Shown here one piece after another: positions 29,507 through 39,332 of a stretch of DNA of 64,000 nucleotides (positions are counted from its first letter, which is position 1; each line of letters opens with the position of its first letter). The stretch comes from Candidatus Moraniibacteriota bacterium (GTDB taxonomy: Bacteria > Patescibacteriota > Minisyncoccia > Moranbacterales > GCA-2747515): positions 5,132 through 69,131 of the forward strand of contig JAXGYI010000005.1 of the NCBI GenBank assembly GCA_040772365.1. The letters are read 5' to 3'. Under the pieces are notes generated by a model that was given only the letters and a program-made list of their open reading frames with translations, made no database searches and had not been told where the DNA came from. Made by a program: the position numbers and the translations under genes.

Positions 29507-30520
29507 ATGGTGATTACATGGTACAAAAAAGTGCGTGCGAGGAGTGATGTTTCCGTGATGTACATTTTTCTCATAACTCTCTGCATAAGCATAGGTGTTT
29601 TAGTATCACCCGTCTCCGCTGCTCCCACTGGCGGCCTCGTTCCTTGTGGCAGCAATAAATCTGGTACAGCACAGGATGCTTGCACCATCTGTGATCTCAT
29701 TGAAGGTGTGCATGGTATTGTTCAAAAACTCATGTCATGGATGGTGATTGCGGGATTGGTGATTATTACTGTTGCCGGCATCATCTATATTGTCTCTGCT
29801 GGCAATCAAGGACTCACGACAATGGCAAAAAATGCTGTCATCAACACACTGATCGGCATTACCGTCATCCTCACTGCATTTCTTGGTATCACATTTATCC
29901 TCAATAGGGTATTCAATGCCAAAACCGATATGATTGCTGCTGGTGGTCTTTCAATTGCTAATAATGCATGGACATTCACATGCAGTAAGACCAAAGCTAT
30001 AGACACAGGTGGTGGGGGTGGTGTGTCGACGGGTGGTGGGACGCCAACGCCACCATCACAAGGTGGAACACCGCCAGCAACGCCTCCAGCTCCACAGCCG
30101 GGCAATCAACCGCTAGCACGTATGACAAATGCTGAGGCGAAGCAGTATCTCATTGATCAGACAGGTGGCAATATTACAATATGGGAATCAGCAGCCGGAC
30201 GAACGTACGTGCCTGATTTGCAGCAAAGCAGTATTGATGGGATTGTTAATCTACAGAAAGAATCCGGTCTTCGATTTCAAATTACAGGAGCAGCAGAGAA
30301 GGGCGGTGGGCACGCTAGCGGAACCTATTCCCACGCAAATGGATATAAGGTGGATATTAGCGATAAAAATCCAGCGTTAAATAGCTATATCACATCAAAC
30401 TATCAGGAGATTGGAAAACGTAGTGATGGTGCGCGGCAATTTCGTGATCCGCAGGGAAATGTTTACGCATGGGAAACGTGGAAGAATCATTGGGATGTGT
30501 GCTATGCGTGCAAAAAATAA
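29507..30520 (+). CDS. CPR T4SS-pilin-like protein fused to an M15/Hedgehog-like Zn-peptidase domain
   Basis: GGLVPCG..CTICDL plus 2-TM pilin core; Gly/Pro linker; ITGAAE..GH.SGTYSHANGYKVD...E...NHWDV (H-x6-D...H). Start uncertain (29507 or 29558). Confidence 0.72.
   Translation: MVITWYKKVRARSDVSVMYIFLITLCISIGVLVSPVSAAPTGGLVPCGSNKSGTAQDACTICDLIEGVHGIVQKLMSWMVIAGLVIITVAGIIYIVSAGNQGLTTMAKNAVINTLIGITVILTAFLGITFILNRVFNAKTDMIAAGGLSIANNAWTFTCSKTKAIDTGGGGGVSTGGGTPTPPSQGGTPPATPPAPQPGNQPLARMTNAEAKQYLIDQTGGNITIWESAAGRTYVPDLQQSSIDGIVNLQKESGLRFQITGAAEKGGGHASGTYSHANGYKVDISDKNPALNSYITSNYQEIGKRSDGARQFRDPQGNVYAWETWKNHWDVCYACKK
29570..30023 (+). repeat. Direct repeat copy 1 (454 bp)
   Basis: Matches 30586-31039 by eye except GTATCA vs GCAGCA (2 substitutions). 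Confidence 0.95.
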
Positions 30521-30576
30521 TCGTCCTTTCTTTTTAGTTTGGGATCTGTAGGTATTTATGTTGTTAGTATAGGATC

Positions 30577-31632
30577 ATGAAAAAACTCATAACTCTCTGC
30601 ATAAGCATAGGTGTTTTAGCAGCACCCGTCTCCGCTGCTCCCACTGGCGGCCTCGTTCCTTGTGGCAGCAATAAATCTGGTACAGCACAGGATGCTTGCA
30701 CCATCTGTGATCTCATTGAAGGTGTGCATGGTATTGTTCAAAAACTCATGTCATGGATGGTGATTGCGGGATTGGTGATTATTACTGTTGCCGGCATCAT
30801 CTATATTGTCTCTGCTGGCAATCAAGGACTCACGACAATGGCAAAAAATGCTGTCATCAACACACTGATCGGCATTACCGTCATCCTCACTGCATTTCTT
30901 GGTATCACATTTATCCTCAATAGGGTATTCAATGCCAAAACCGATATGATTGCTGCTGGTGGTCTTTCAATTGCTAATAATGCATGGACATTCACATGCA
31001 GTAAGACCAAAGCTATAGACACAGGTGGTGGGGGTGGTGCGCCAATGACGCCGCAACCACATGCTGACCGACCTGCACCACCTCCTGGTAATTTAGCACA
31101 GGGATGCCATCACTACGATCAGGCTTTTCATAGAGCATCGAGCGGTGATCGGGAGCTGGAATGTCTCCTGAAGGGTATTGCCATGGCAGAAAGCACATGT
31201 AATCCTTCCGCACAAAATGGCAATGGATGTGGTCTCATGCAAATTGAAAGCAATACGTGTCAGTACTATAAGGACCATCCAGAAGAAAGTATCATGCGTG
31301 CGGCGGAGATTTTACGTACAAATAAAGCGCAGCTAGATCGTTATAGTCATTTTTCCATTGGTAGTGGATTTGGACAAGGGAGTGAAACGGTGCAATATGG
31401 TGGCGTAACATATTTTACAGGAAATGATGATCTTATCGCATCATATAATGCAGGCACTGGAGGGCGTTTGGCAAAAAATCCGTTTCATGCATCAGCTGAC
31501 TGCCCCGACACTGGACAAGGCGCGACGCCGGCATGGCAGTGTCATATTAATCCGGGGGGATTTGGCAGTACAACACAGCGCTATGTGCCAAATGTACAGA
31601 AATATCAGCGAGAGTGTTTATCTGGAAAATAA
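30577..31632 (+). CDS. CPR T4SS-pilin-like protein fused to a lytic transglycosylase (SLT-like) domain
   Basis: Same pilin N-terminus; IAMAES (catalytic Glu), GLMQI, ASYNAG and T.RYV..V motifs. Confidence 0.8.
   Translation: MKKLITLCISIGVLAAPVSAAPTGGLVPCGSNKSGTAQDACTICDLIEGVHGIVQKLMSWMVIAGLVIITVAGIIYIVSAGNQGLTTMAKNAVINTLIGITVILTAFLGITFILNRVFNAKTDMIAAGGLSIANNAWTFTCSKTKAIDTGGGGGAPMTPQPHADRPAPPPGNLAQGCHHYDQAFHRASSGDRELECLLKGIAMAESTCNPSAQNGNGCGLMQIESNTCQYYKDHPEESIMRAAEILRTNKAQLDRYSHFSIGSGFGQGSETVQYGGVTYFTGNDDLIASYNAGTGGRLAKNPFHASADCPDTGQGATPAWQCHINPGGFGSTTQRYVPNVQKYQRECLSGK
30586..31039 (+). repeat. Direct repeat copy 2 (454 bp)
   Basis: Offset 1016 bp from copy 1; identity ends at the end of the poly-Gly codons. 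Confidence 0.95.
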
Positions 31633-31639
31633 AACATCT

Positions 31640-33004
31640 ATGCAGAAACAATCAACAATGACATTTCACGGTGGGGCGGGATCAGTGACGGGCGCAAATT
31701 TTTTATTAGACACCGGTGGGCGAAAGATCCTCGTGGATTGCGGCTTACAGCAAGAGGGTGCACGGTGCTATGTGGAGGATGTGGATTTTTCCTATAATCC
31801 GGCTGATGTGGATACCCTCGTCATTACACATGCGCATGCCGATCACATTGGCAAAATTCCTAAGCTAGTGAAGGATGGTTTTCGTGGAACCATTTACTCT
31901 ACTCCAGCAACTAAAGATTTGTCAGCGATAATGCTGGAAGACGCGTTGATGATTCTGACGCAGGAGGCGGATGCGCTTGGGTGTTCGCCGCTATATGATC
32001 GCTCTGATATACGTCGTGCGATGGAACTGTGGCATACGATGGACTACCATCGTCCATTTGTTGTGGGCGATGATGTGACGGCGTCATTTTTAGATGCAGG
32101 ACATGTACTCGGAAGTGCTATGGTCCGTATGGAGCGCGCTGGTCGTGTCAGTGTATTTACAGGTGATCTAGGGAATTCACCGGAGTTGATTTTGCCCGAT
32201 ACGGAGAGGGTAGAGGGTGCGCACTATATGGTAATGGAGAGTGTGTATGGTGATCGCAATCATGAATCACGCAATGACAGGACCGAAAAGTTGGCGCAGG
32301 TGATTCGCGATAACGTGAAGCGCGGTGGGACGCTTTTGATCCCTGTGTTTGCCCTGCAGCGTGCACAGATTTTACTCTACGAGATTAATAGACTCGTTGA
32401 GGGAAATCGTGTGCCACATGTCCCAGTGTACTTTGATGCACCACTTGCACAGCGCGTGACGGATATCTATCGGCGTTATCAGCACCTCTACAATGCACGT
32501 GTACGTGCAGAAATTAAGCGTGGCGACGACATTTTTGATTTTCCGCAATTTGTGAGTATACGCAATGTAGCGGATTCATTACGAATTGATAAGAAGAAGG
32601 GTCCGAAGATTGTGATCGCTAGTTCTGGTATGAGTAATGGTGGACGGGTACGTATGCATGAACGTCAGATTTTAGGCAATCGCAAGAATACGATTCTCTT
32701 TATTGGGTATCAGGCATTTGGGACACTTGGTCGTGAAATTGCAGAGCGGCGCAGCAAAGTTTTTATTGATGGCACATGGGTACGTGTACATGCGCACATT
32801 GAAAGTATCAGTGGCTACTCGGCACACAAAGACAGTGATCAGCTTGTGGCATTTGTAGAGGATACGGCGGCTACGGTGGAGCATGTTTTTCTTGCTATGG
32901 GTGAACCAGCGGCGGCACAGAAACTCGCGCAGCGATTAGTGGATACGTATCATATTGCTGTAACTGTTCCACGTAAAGGTGATGTAGCATCTCTTCATTT
33001 TTAA
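31640..33004 (+). CDS. MBL-fold beta-CASP ribonuclease (Ysh1/CPSF73-like)
   Basis: THAHADH, AGHVLGS, FTGDLG, MESVYG, YSAHKD motifs; start moved to ATG 31640. Confidence 0.92.
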   Translation: MQKQSTMTFHGGAGSVTGANFLLDTGGRKILVDCGLQQEGARCYVEDVDFSYNPADVDTLVITHAHADHIGKIPKLVKDGFRGTIYSTPATKDLSAIMLEDALMILTQEADALGCSPLYDRSDIRRAMELWHTMDYHRPFVVGDDVTASFLDAGHVLGSAMVRMERAGRVSVFTGDLGNSPELILPDTERVEGAHYMVMESVYGDRNHESRNDRTEKLAQVIRDNVKRGGTLLIPVFALQRAQILLYEINRLVEGNRVPHVPVYFDAPLAQRVTDIYRRYQHLYNARVRAEIKRGDDIFDFPQFVSIRNVADSLRIDKKKGPKIVIASSGMSNGGRVRMHERQILGNRKNTILFIGYQAFGTLGREIAERRSKVFIDGTWVRVHAHIESISGYSAHKDSDQLVAFVEDTAATVEHVFLAMGEPAAAQKLAQRLVDTYHIAVTVPRKGDVASLHF

Positions 33005-33013
33005 AAACTTTTT

Positions 33014-33349
33014 ATGGTAGATGGCTATACGACGGTTGACGTAATGACAGCATACACACTCCTTACGGGTACTGAGGCAGGGCAGTATTGTGTGGTAGAC
33101 GTGCGATCACCGCAGGAGTACGCAACAGCGCATATTGCGCAATCCATGAATATACCGCTGAATACACTTGCAGAGGCATCTCTACCAAAGGATCGTACTA
33201 TCGTTGTTGCATGCGTCAGTGGCAATCGTTCTGGTGTGGCATGCGACTTTCTGCATCAGCAGGGCTATCACTGCGCTAATCTTGCTGGTGGCATCAGTGC
33301 GTGGATTGCGCACGGCTTACCGGTTGCGCGTGGTAGTATAGCGGTATAG
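33014..33349 (+). CDS. Rhodanese-like domain protein
   Basis: VDVRS..EY...HI, CVSGNRS, LAGGISAW. Confidence 0.9.
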   Translation: MVDGYTTVDVMTAYTLLTGTEAGQYCVVDVRSPQEYATAHIAQSMNIPLNTLAEASLPKDRTIVVACVSGNRSGVACDFLHQQGYHCANLAGGISAWIAHGLPVARGSIAV

Positions 33350-33439
33350 ACATGATGAATTTGGTTATTTTGTAAAAAGCTATTATACTAAAAAGAGTGA
33401 CTCACAATCATTTGTTTGAATTAGTGAAAAATAAAAATT

Positions 33440-35278
33440 ATGCGCGGTCTTGGGTCGGCAAAAATTGCCAAAGGATCATACATTTTTCTATGTGATGATG
33501 ACAATCTTGCACGTGACACGTTTCGTGTACGCACAAGCGAAGATGGTCTGCTTTTTCGTCCGTTGAGTGATGATGCGAAGATTGTGAATATTACGGGTCC
33601 GACAGATGCTATAGAGTCTTGTACAGAGTTTCATATGTCACAGGATGGGCGGATGTATTACATGACCTACTACGTACCACAGAAAAAGGTTCTAGGCATT
33701 GCGCAGTCACGCAACCTGATTGACTGGGAAAAGTCGTGCAGCGTAGAGGATGTTTCTGGTGGTGCAAAAATTGTATCGGATTACCTCTATGCTGGACGGA
33801 CAGTGATGATTGCCGGTGGTGAGGCACTACGACTGTATGTGACATCTGATGGAAAACGTTGGGTCCGTGCCAAGCGCAACTTGATTGATGGGAGAGATCA
33901 TGGGAAGCAGAAGGGGTCTTTTATGGTGCTGGATGCACAGGTGATTGAGGATGGTGTATTTGTGCTCTACGCATATGTCACATCGACTCCATCAGGTACA
34001 GCGACCTACGCTATTCATGGTGCATTATGTGCCTATGGCGATCCCACACAAATAACATGGCGCACGCAATCACCGGTTTATTCTCTGGCGCCAGAAGTCT
34101 ATGGACACGCAATATTGTTTGGCGCAGGCATTCATAGTGAATATTTCGTATCTTACTGGATGCGCGACGATGAAGAATTATTTCTCTTACGACATCCATA
34201 CACCTATGAGCCGCGACCAGAGGATATGCCGCAGGAAGCGCATGGTGCACAATCGGAGCAAAGTGAGTCGCCGACAGTATTTGCATTGGAGCGTGCGCCG
34301 GATAATCCGGTTCTTGTGCCAAATCCCGATCGTTCATGGGAATCTAAGGCGACGTATAATCCGACAGCATTTCTCTGTGGGGGTCATGTGCATATCATCT
34401 ATCGTGCTGATGGTGATGATAATATCTCCGTGTGGGGGCATGCACTGAGTATTAATGGTACCGATATTGCCGATCGGTCAAAGAGTTGTATTTTTCGGCG
34501 TAAGGTGATGGTGGAAAATAAGGATTTGCCACGCATTTATGCATCGGGTACAAATACAAATGGCGGATGTGAAGATCCGCGCGCAGTTGTGATTGATGGG
34601 ACAGTATACGTGACATTTACGGCATTTGATGGATGGAGCTCTGTGCGTATGGCGCTGACAAGTATTGACCTTGATGATTTTTTACAAAAGCGTTGGAAGT
34701 GGAAGAAGACGCGATTAATCTCCCCTGCAGGGGAAATGAATAAGAATTGGGTGCTATTTTCTGAGAAGGTAAACGGAAAATTTGCTATTCTACATAGCTT
34801 TTATCCGAAAATTCTCATTGACTACTTCGATGACCTTGATGAGCTAGATGGCGAGACGCGATTTATTCGTAGCAATAATACACGACCATTTGATACAACA
34901 CGCACCTGGGATAGTTGGTTTCGTGGAGTAGGTCCTCCTCCTATTAAAACGGAAGATGGATGGCTCGTTCTGTACCATGCGATGATGCATAATAAGCCAG
35001 ATCGCTATCGTATCGGGGCGTTACTTCTTGATCTCCATGATCCTACAAAAGTTCTCTATCGTAGCACAAGGCCGATTTTGGAACCGCAGGAGCACTATGA
35101 AAATCACGGACATAAGTGGGGTGTTGTTTTTACGTGTGGTGCCGTCGTGAAAGATGGAACGCTGTTTGTATACTATGGTGGCGCGGATGCATGTGTATGT
35201 GTTGCAACAGCACCAATTGATGCGTTCTTGCGCGATCTCAAACAGACAGGTGTTGTGCAAATGACACTCTCAACGTAG
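33440..35278 (+). CDS. GH130-family glycosidase/phosphorylase with a degenerate N-terminal propeller domain
   Basis: C-terminal NPVL.P, YNP, GCEDPR, YVTFTAFDG, KNWVLF, GWLVLYH, VVFTCG, YYGGAD. Confidence 0.85.
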   Translation: MRGLGSAKIAKGSYIFLCDDDNLARDTFRVRTSEDGLLFRPLSDDAKIVNITGPTDAIESCTEFHMSQDGRMYYMTYYVPQKKVLGIAQSRNLIDWEKSCSVEDVSGGAKIVSDYLYAGRTVMIAGGEALRLYVTSDGKRWVRAKRNLIDGRDHGKQKGSFMVLDAQVIEDGVFVLYAYVTSTPSGTATYAIHGALCAYGDPTQITWRTQSPVYSLAPEVYGHAILFGAGIHSEYFVSYWMRDDEELFLLRHPYTYEPRPEDMPQEAHGAQSEQSESPTVFALERAPDNPVLVPNPDRSWESKATYNPTAFLCGGHVHIIYRADGDDNISVWGHALSINGTDIADRSKSCIFRRKVMVENKDLPRIYASGTNTNGGCEDPRAVVIDGTVYVTFTAFDGWSSVRMALTSIDLDDFLQKRWKWKKTRLISPAGEMNKNWVLFSEKVNGKFAILHSFYPKILIDYFDDLDELDGETRFIRSNNTRPFDTTRTWDSWFRGVGPPPIKTEDGWLVLYHAMMHNKPDRYRIGALLLDLHDPTKVLYRSTRPILEPQEHYENHGHKWGVVFTCGAVVKDGTLFVYYGGADACVCVATAPIDAFLRDLKQTGVVQMTLST

Positions 35279-35354
35279 TGTGTGTCATGGTCTATAGCAT
35301 GAGGAGATCCTAGTAGTCGATAATAATACATAATTCGTATAACATGTATAAATT

Positions 35355-37319
35355 ATGGCGATGACAATGAAGCGTTATCCAAACAATCCTATTCTTGGGC
35401 CGGATCGTACACGTGTATGGGAGGCACAAGCAGTATTTAACGGCTGTCCAATTCGTGACGAAAAGGGGTATCATTTTTTGTATCGTGCTCTCGCGCAAAC
35501 AGAGAAGGACCCTGTTAGTGGCGCAGATTTTGCGCGATCGACAATTGGGTATACATTTAGCCCCAATGGTTACTGTTTTGATGGTGAGCGACGCCAGCTT
35601 ATCGCGCCTCAAGAGTCCTGGGAAAAATATGGCTGTGAGGATCCACGCGTAACAAAAATTGATGATACGTATTACATTACCTATACGGCATTGGCAGATT
35701 TTCCGCACACACCGGAGGGTATTTCTGTTGCGGTAGCCACGACAAAAGACTTTCGTACAATTGATACACGTCACCGCGTCACGCCCTTTAACGCCAAGGC
35801 AATGGTTATTTTTCCAGAGCGTATTAACGGCAAGATTGTTGCACTTCTTACAATGAATACTGATCAGCCTCCGGTACGCATTATGATTGCGGAGTTTGAT
35901 ACACCAGAGCAGATGTGGGATCCGCGGTACTGGCGTACATGGATGCAGGACCTTGATGCACACACGTTGCACTTTCAACGGTCGCTTACTGACCATATTG
36001 AAGTTGGTGCACCACCGGTGAAAACACAAGATGGATGGCTTTTTTTCTATTCCTACATTCGTAACTATCACGGAGGTGATCCGGTCTTTGGTATTGAGGT
36101 GGCACTCTTAGATTTGGAACGCCCTCTACGTGTCACGGGTCGTACGATTACGCCACTGCTCGTGCCAGAGGAAATTTATGAGTGGTATGGTATTATACCC
36201 CGCATTACATTTCCTTCCGGTGCAACTGTGGATGGTGATGAAGTGCGTCTGTATTATGGTGCAGCCGATACAGTGTGTGCAGTAGCGACGGCATCGCTAG
36301 CAGAGCTTTTAGCACATATCAAATTGAAGGACTGCGAAGAATGTGTGCCAGAGGGTGTGCCATTTGTTACCTGTGAGCGATTTGAGGGTAATCCGATTAT
36401 TGAGCCGACGCGTGATTTTGGATGGGCGTCGCGATACACACTTAATCCAACAGCAATCGTGGATGAGGAGAAGGTTCATATTATCTATCGTGCACAAGAT
36501 GAGCGTGATACATCGCGTATGGGTTATGCTGTGAGTGAGGATGGCTTACGTCTATCGTATCTCTCGCAAGACCCTATTTACGTGCCACGCATTCCAGAAG
36601 AAATTCGCGATGACGAGGGATTTTCTGGTTGTGAAGATGCACGGATTTCTCGTATCGATGATCGCTTCTATATGTGCTATACTGCATACAATGGCCATGG
36701 ACCAGCGCGCATTGCATTTACATCCATCTCTGTAGAAGATTTCCGTGCACGACGCTGGGATGCGTGGAGTATGCCGAAAATCATCTCGCCAGATGGCATG
36801 GATGATAAAAATTCCTGTGTTCTTCCAGAAAAAGTCAATGGTCAGTACGTCTTCTTTCATCGCCTCAAGCACACTATCTGGATGGATTTTGTAGATGACC
36901 TGGAGTTTTCTGATGGACGTACACTTGGTGGGCAGAGTATTATGTGGGCACGTCCAGAAACATGGGATAGCGAGAAGGTGGGTATCGCTGGTGTGCCGAT
37001 GAAAGTGGGTAAGGAGTGGTTGCTGATCTACCATGCGCTCTCTAGTCATGACGGGCTCTATCGGCTTGGCGCGGCGTTGTTGGATGTAGAGCATTCTAAA
37101 GTGACGTCGCGTTTAGATTATCCGATTCTTGAACCACATGCGGATTATGAAAACAAGGGACTGCGTCCCGGAACGGTCTTTTCGTGCGGACACGTGATGT
37201 GGCACGATGATATGATCTACATCTACTACGGCGGTGCCGATGAAGTGGTTGGTGTGGCAATGATTTCACGCGGTTGCCTACTCACCGCACTAGAGGAGCA
37301 AAAGAAGCGGATGAAGTAG
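35355..37319 (+). CDS. Tandem double-domain GH130-family protein
   Basis: Two modules, each with NPI, GCED(P/A)R, Y.TY/YTAY, W.+.Y and YYG.AD. Confidence 0.9.
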   Translation: MAMTMKRYPNNPILGPDRTRVWEAQAVFNGCPIRDEKGYHFLYRALAQTEKDPVSGADFARSTIGYTFSPNGYCFDGERRQLIAPQESWEKYGCEDPRVTKIDDTYYITYTALADFPHTPEGISVAVATTKDFRTIDTRHRVTPFNAKAMVIFPERINGKIVALLTMNTDQPPVRIMIAEFDTPEQMWDPRYWRTWMQDLDAHTLHFQRSLTDHIEVGAPPVKTQDGWLFFYSYIRNYHGGDPVFGIEVALLDLERPLRVTGRTITPLLVPEEIYEWYGIIPRITFPSGATVDGDEVRLYYGAADTVCAVATASLAELLAHIKLKDCEECVPEGVPFVTCERFEGNPIIEPTRDFGWASRYTLNPTAIVDEEKVHIIYRAQDERDTSRMGYAVSEDGLRLSYLSQDPIYVPRIPEEIRDDEGFSGCEDARISRIDDRFYMCYTAYNGHGPARIAFTSISVEDFRARRWDAWSMPKIISPDGMDDKNSCVLPEKVNGQYVFFHRLKHTIWMDFVDDLEFSDGRTLGGQSIMWARPETWDSEKVGIAGVPMKVGKEWLLIYHALSSHDGLYRLGAALLDVEHSKVTSRLDYPILEPHADYENKGLRPGTVFSCGHVMWHDDMIYIYYGGADEVVGVAMISRGCLLTALEEQKKRMK

Positions 37320-37344
37320 TGTCACATAGAAAAAAAACGATCAT

Positions 37345-37379
37345 AAAAATCCCCTTGTCGTGCCGGCAAGGGGATTTTT
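37345..37379. terminator. Bidirectional intrinsic terminator
   Basis: AAAAATCCCCTTGTCG-TGC-CGGCAAGGGGATTTTT between convergent genes. Confidence 0.8.
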
Positions 37380-37388
37380 CCCATGGAT

Positions 37389-38726
37389 TTACAGGAGGTC
37401 ACTGGCGATTTGTGCCAGTATGGATCGCTCACCCTTTTCCAGATTTACGTGTGCATACAGTGACTGACCTCGCATTTTCTCAATGAGGTAACTGAGACCA
37501 TTGGACTGCGCATCCAGATACGGATGGTCAATCTGATAGATATCACCAGTGAAGACAATTTTTGTGTCTTCGCCTGCACGGGTGATGATTGTTTTGATTT
37601 CATGCGGTGTGAGGTTTTGTGCCTCATCCACAATGACAAACGCTTTGATAATGCTTCGTCCGCGGATATAGGCTAACGGTTCAATAATGACTTTTTTACT
37701 CTCAATCATTGACTCAATGAGAACATTTGATTCGCTGTTTTCCGGAAACTGATTTTGGATGACAGCGATGTTGTCCCAGAGAGGCTGCATGTAGGGGCTG
37801 ATCTTTGACTTGATGTCTCCTGGGAGGTAGCCGATATCCTTGTTGGAAAGAGGTACAATGGGACGGGCAACCATAATTTGCCGATACAGTGCCCGTTGTT
37901 CTAGTGCTGCGGCGAGCGCTAAGAGTGTCTTGCCGGTTCCCGCTTTGCCGGAGAGTGAGACAAGAGGTATGTCGTGATTGCATAGAGCGTGAATAGCAAA
38001 ACGCTGCTCAGCATTGCGGGGTCTTATACCATACGCTGATCGAGGATCGATTTTGAATAGACGCTGATGGCAGGATATATACATCGCAAGGCAGGAATTT
38101 GTACCATTGCGTATAATAAAATATTGGTTTGCAATGGGGGTAAAGTTTGGGTTGAGATCGGTAGGTTTCAGGCCCTCATGTCCCGCGTGGAGCTGGTTGA
38201 TTAGGCTGGGGTCAATATGTTCAATGATACCCACGCCCGTGTATAACTCTGAAGCATCCATTTTGATTTTGTCTGTCTCGTAATCCTCTGCAGTAATGCC
38301 AAGCGCCTTGGCTTTCATGCGTAGGTTTACATCCTTGCTCACTAAGACGTAGCGTCGGCTTTGATCTTCCTTTGACAAGCAATAGGCGATATTGAGAATC
38401 CGATGATCAGGCTTATCCACGGCGGGAAAATGATCTTGCATGTCCTGATGCAGTGGCTGCTCTAATCGGATAGACACCATACCCTTGTTTGGTCCGATCT
38501 TCACACCACCATTAAACAGTAAGTCACCGCTAATGGCGTCCAATGCGCGCATGAATTCTCGCGCGTGATAACTGAGGGAATCGCCACCCTTTTTAAACTG
38601 ATCCAGTTCCTCAATTACTGTAATTGGAATGATAATGTCGTGTGCAGTGAAGTTTTTGAGGCAACCGGAGTCGTGCAAGATGACATTAGTGTCTAGAATA
38701 AAGGTTTTATTCAGTGTATCGCTCAT
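37389..38726 (-). CDS. PhoH2-type protein (PIN nuclease plus PhoH ATPase)
   Basis: ILDTNVILHD, EELD, SKDVNLR; GKAGTGKT, IGYLPG, YIRGRS, DEAQN. Confidence 0.93.
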   Translation of the reverse strand: MSDTLNKTFILDTNVILHDSGCLKNFTAHDIIIPITVIEELDQFKKGGDSLSYHAREFMRALDAISGDLLFNGGVKIGPNKGMVSIRLEQPLHQDMQDHFPAVDKPDHRILNIAYCLSKEDQSRRYVLVSKDVNLRMKAKALGITAEDYETDKIKMDASELYTGVGIIEHIDPSLINQLHAGHEGLKPTDLNPNFTPIANQYFIIRNGTNSCLAMYISCHQRLFKIDPRSAYGIRPRNAEQRFAIHALCNHDIPLVSLSGKAGTGKTLLALAAALEQRALYRQIMVARPIVPLSNKDIGYLPGDIKSKISPYMQPLWDNIAVIQNQFPENSESNVLIESMIESKKVIIEPLAYIRGRSIIKAFVIVDEAQNLTPHEIKTIITRAGEDTKIVFTGDIYQIDHPYLDAQSNGLSYLIEKMRGQSLYAHVNLEKGERSILAQIASDLL

Positions 38727-38915
38727 GATACGCTCTCCTCCTTATTGTGGCTGTGGATTGTTAAACAACACGCTTTTATCGTTTAGTATAAACGAATGTG
38801 GTATTGTAGCAAATTGTGCAAAAAAAGCAATAACTATGACACTATTGGCTGTTGCATGGAAGGTGTTTTGTGGTACAGTAACAGAGTATAATCCATAAGA
38901 TATGATGCGTTGCTT

Positions 38916-39323
38916 ATGAAAACATTTTTTAATGAGTTTAAGGCATTTGCCGTGAAGGGCAATGTCATTGATATGGCTGTGGGTGTCATTATTGGTACGG
39001 CGTTTGGCAAGATCGTGACGTCGTTGGTGAATGATGTCATCATGCCGGTGGTTGGCGTCATTATCGGCGGGTTGAATTTCCAGGGGTTTTCGCTTACTGT
39101 TGGTGATGCAAAAATTACCTATGGCAATTTTATCCAGTCGGTAGTGGACTTTACGATTGTTGCACTGTGTATTTTTGTTGCGATTAAGATGATGGGGAAG
39201 TTATTGCGCCAAGAAGTGAAGAAAGAGAAAAAAAAGGAGGAAAAGAAAGATCGGGAGGAGTTAGTGGTATTGCGAGAGATTCGCGACGCACTGGTGGTTT
39301 CTAAAAAGAAGCAAACAAAGTAG
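38916..39323 (+). CDS. mscL: Large-conductance mechanosensitive channel
   Basis: [40 protein letters not shown]. Confidence 0.96.
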   Translation: MKTFFNEFKAFAVKGNVIDMAVGVIIGTAFGKIVTSLVNDVIMPVVGVIIGGLNFQGFSLTVGDAKITYGNFIQSVVDFTIVALCIFVAIKMMGKLLRQEVKKEKKKEEKKDREELVVLREIRDALVVSKKKQTK

Positions 39324-39332
39324 GAAAAGAGC

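Noticed and set aside
29570-31039. Diversity-generating retroelement TR/VR pair or IS terminal repeats
   Set aside because: No reverse transcriptase or transposase in the window; both copies are coding, and the two differences are not adenine-specific.
35310-36071. 253-aa minus-strand ORF
   Set aside because: Antisense shadow of the GH130 gene.
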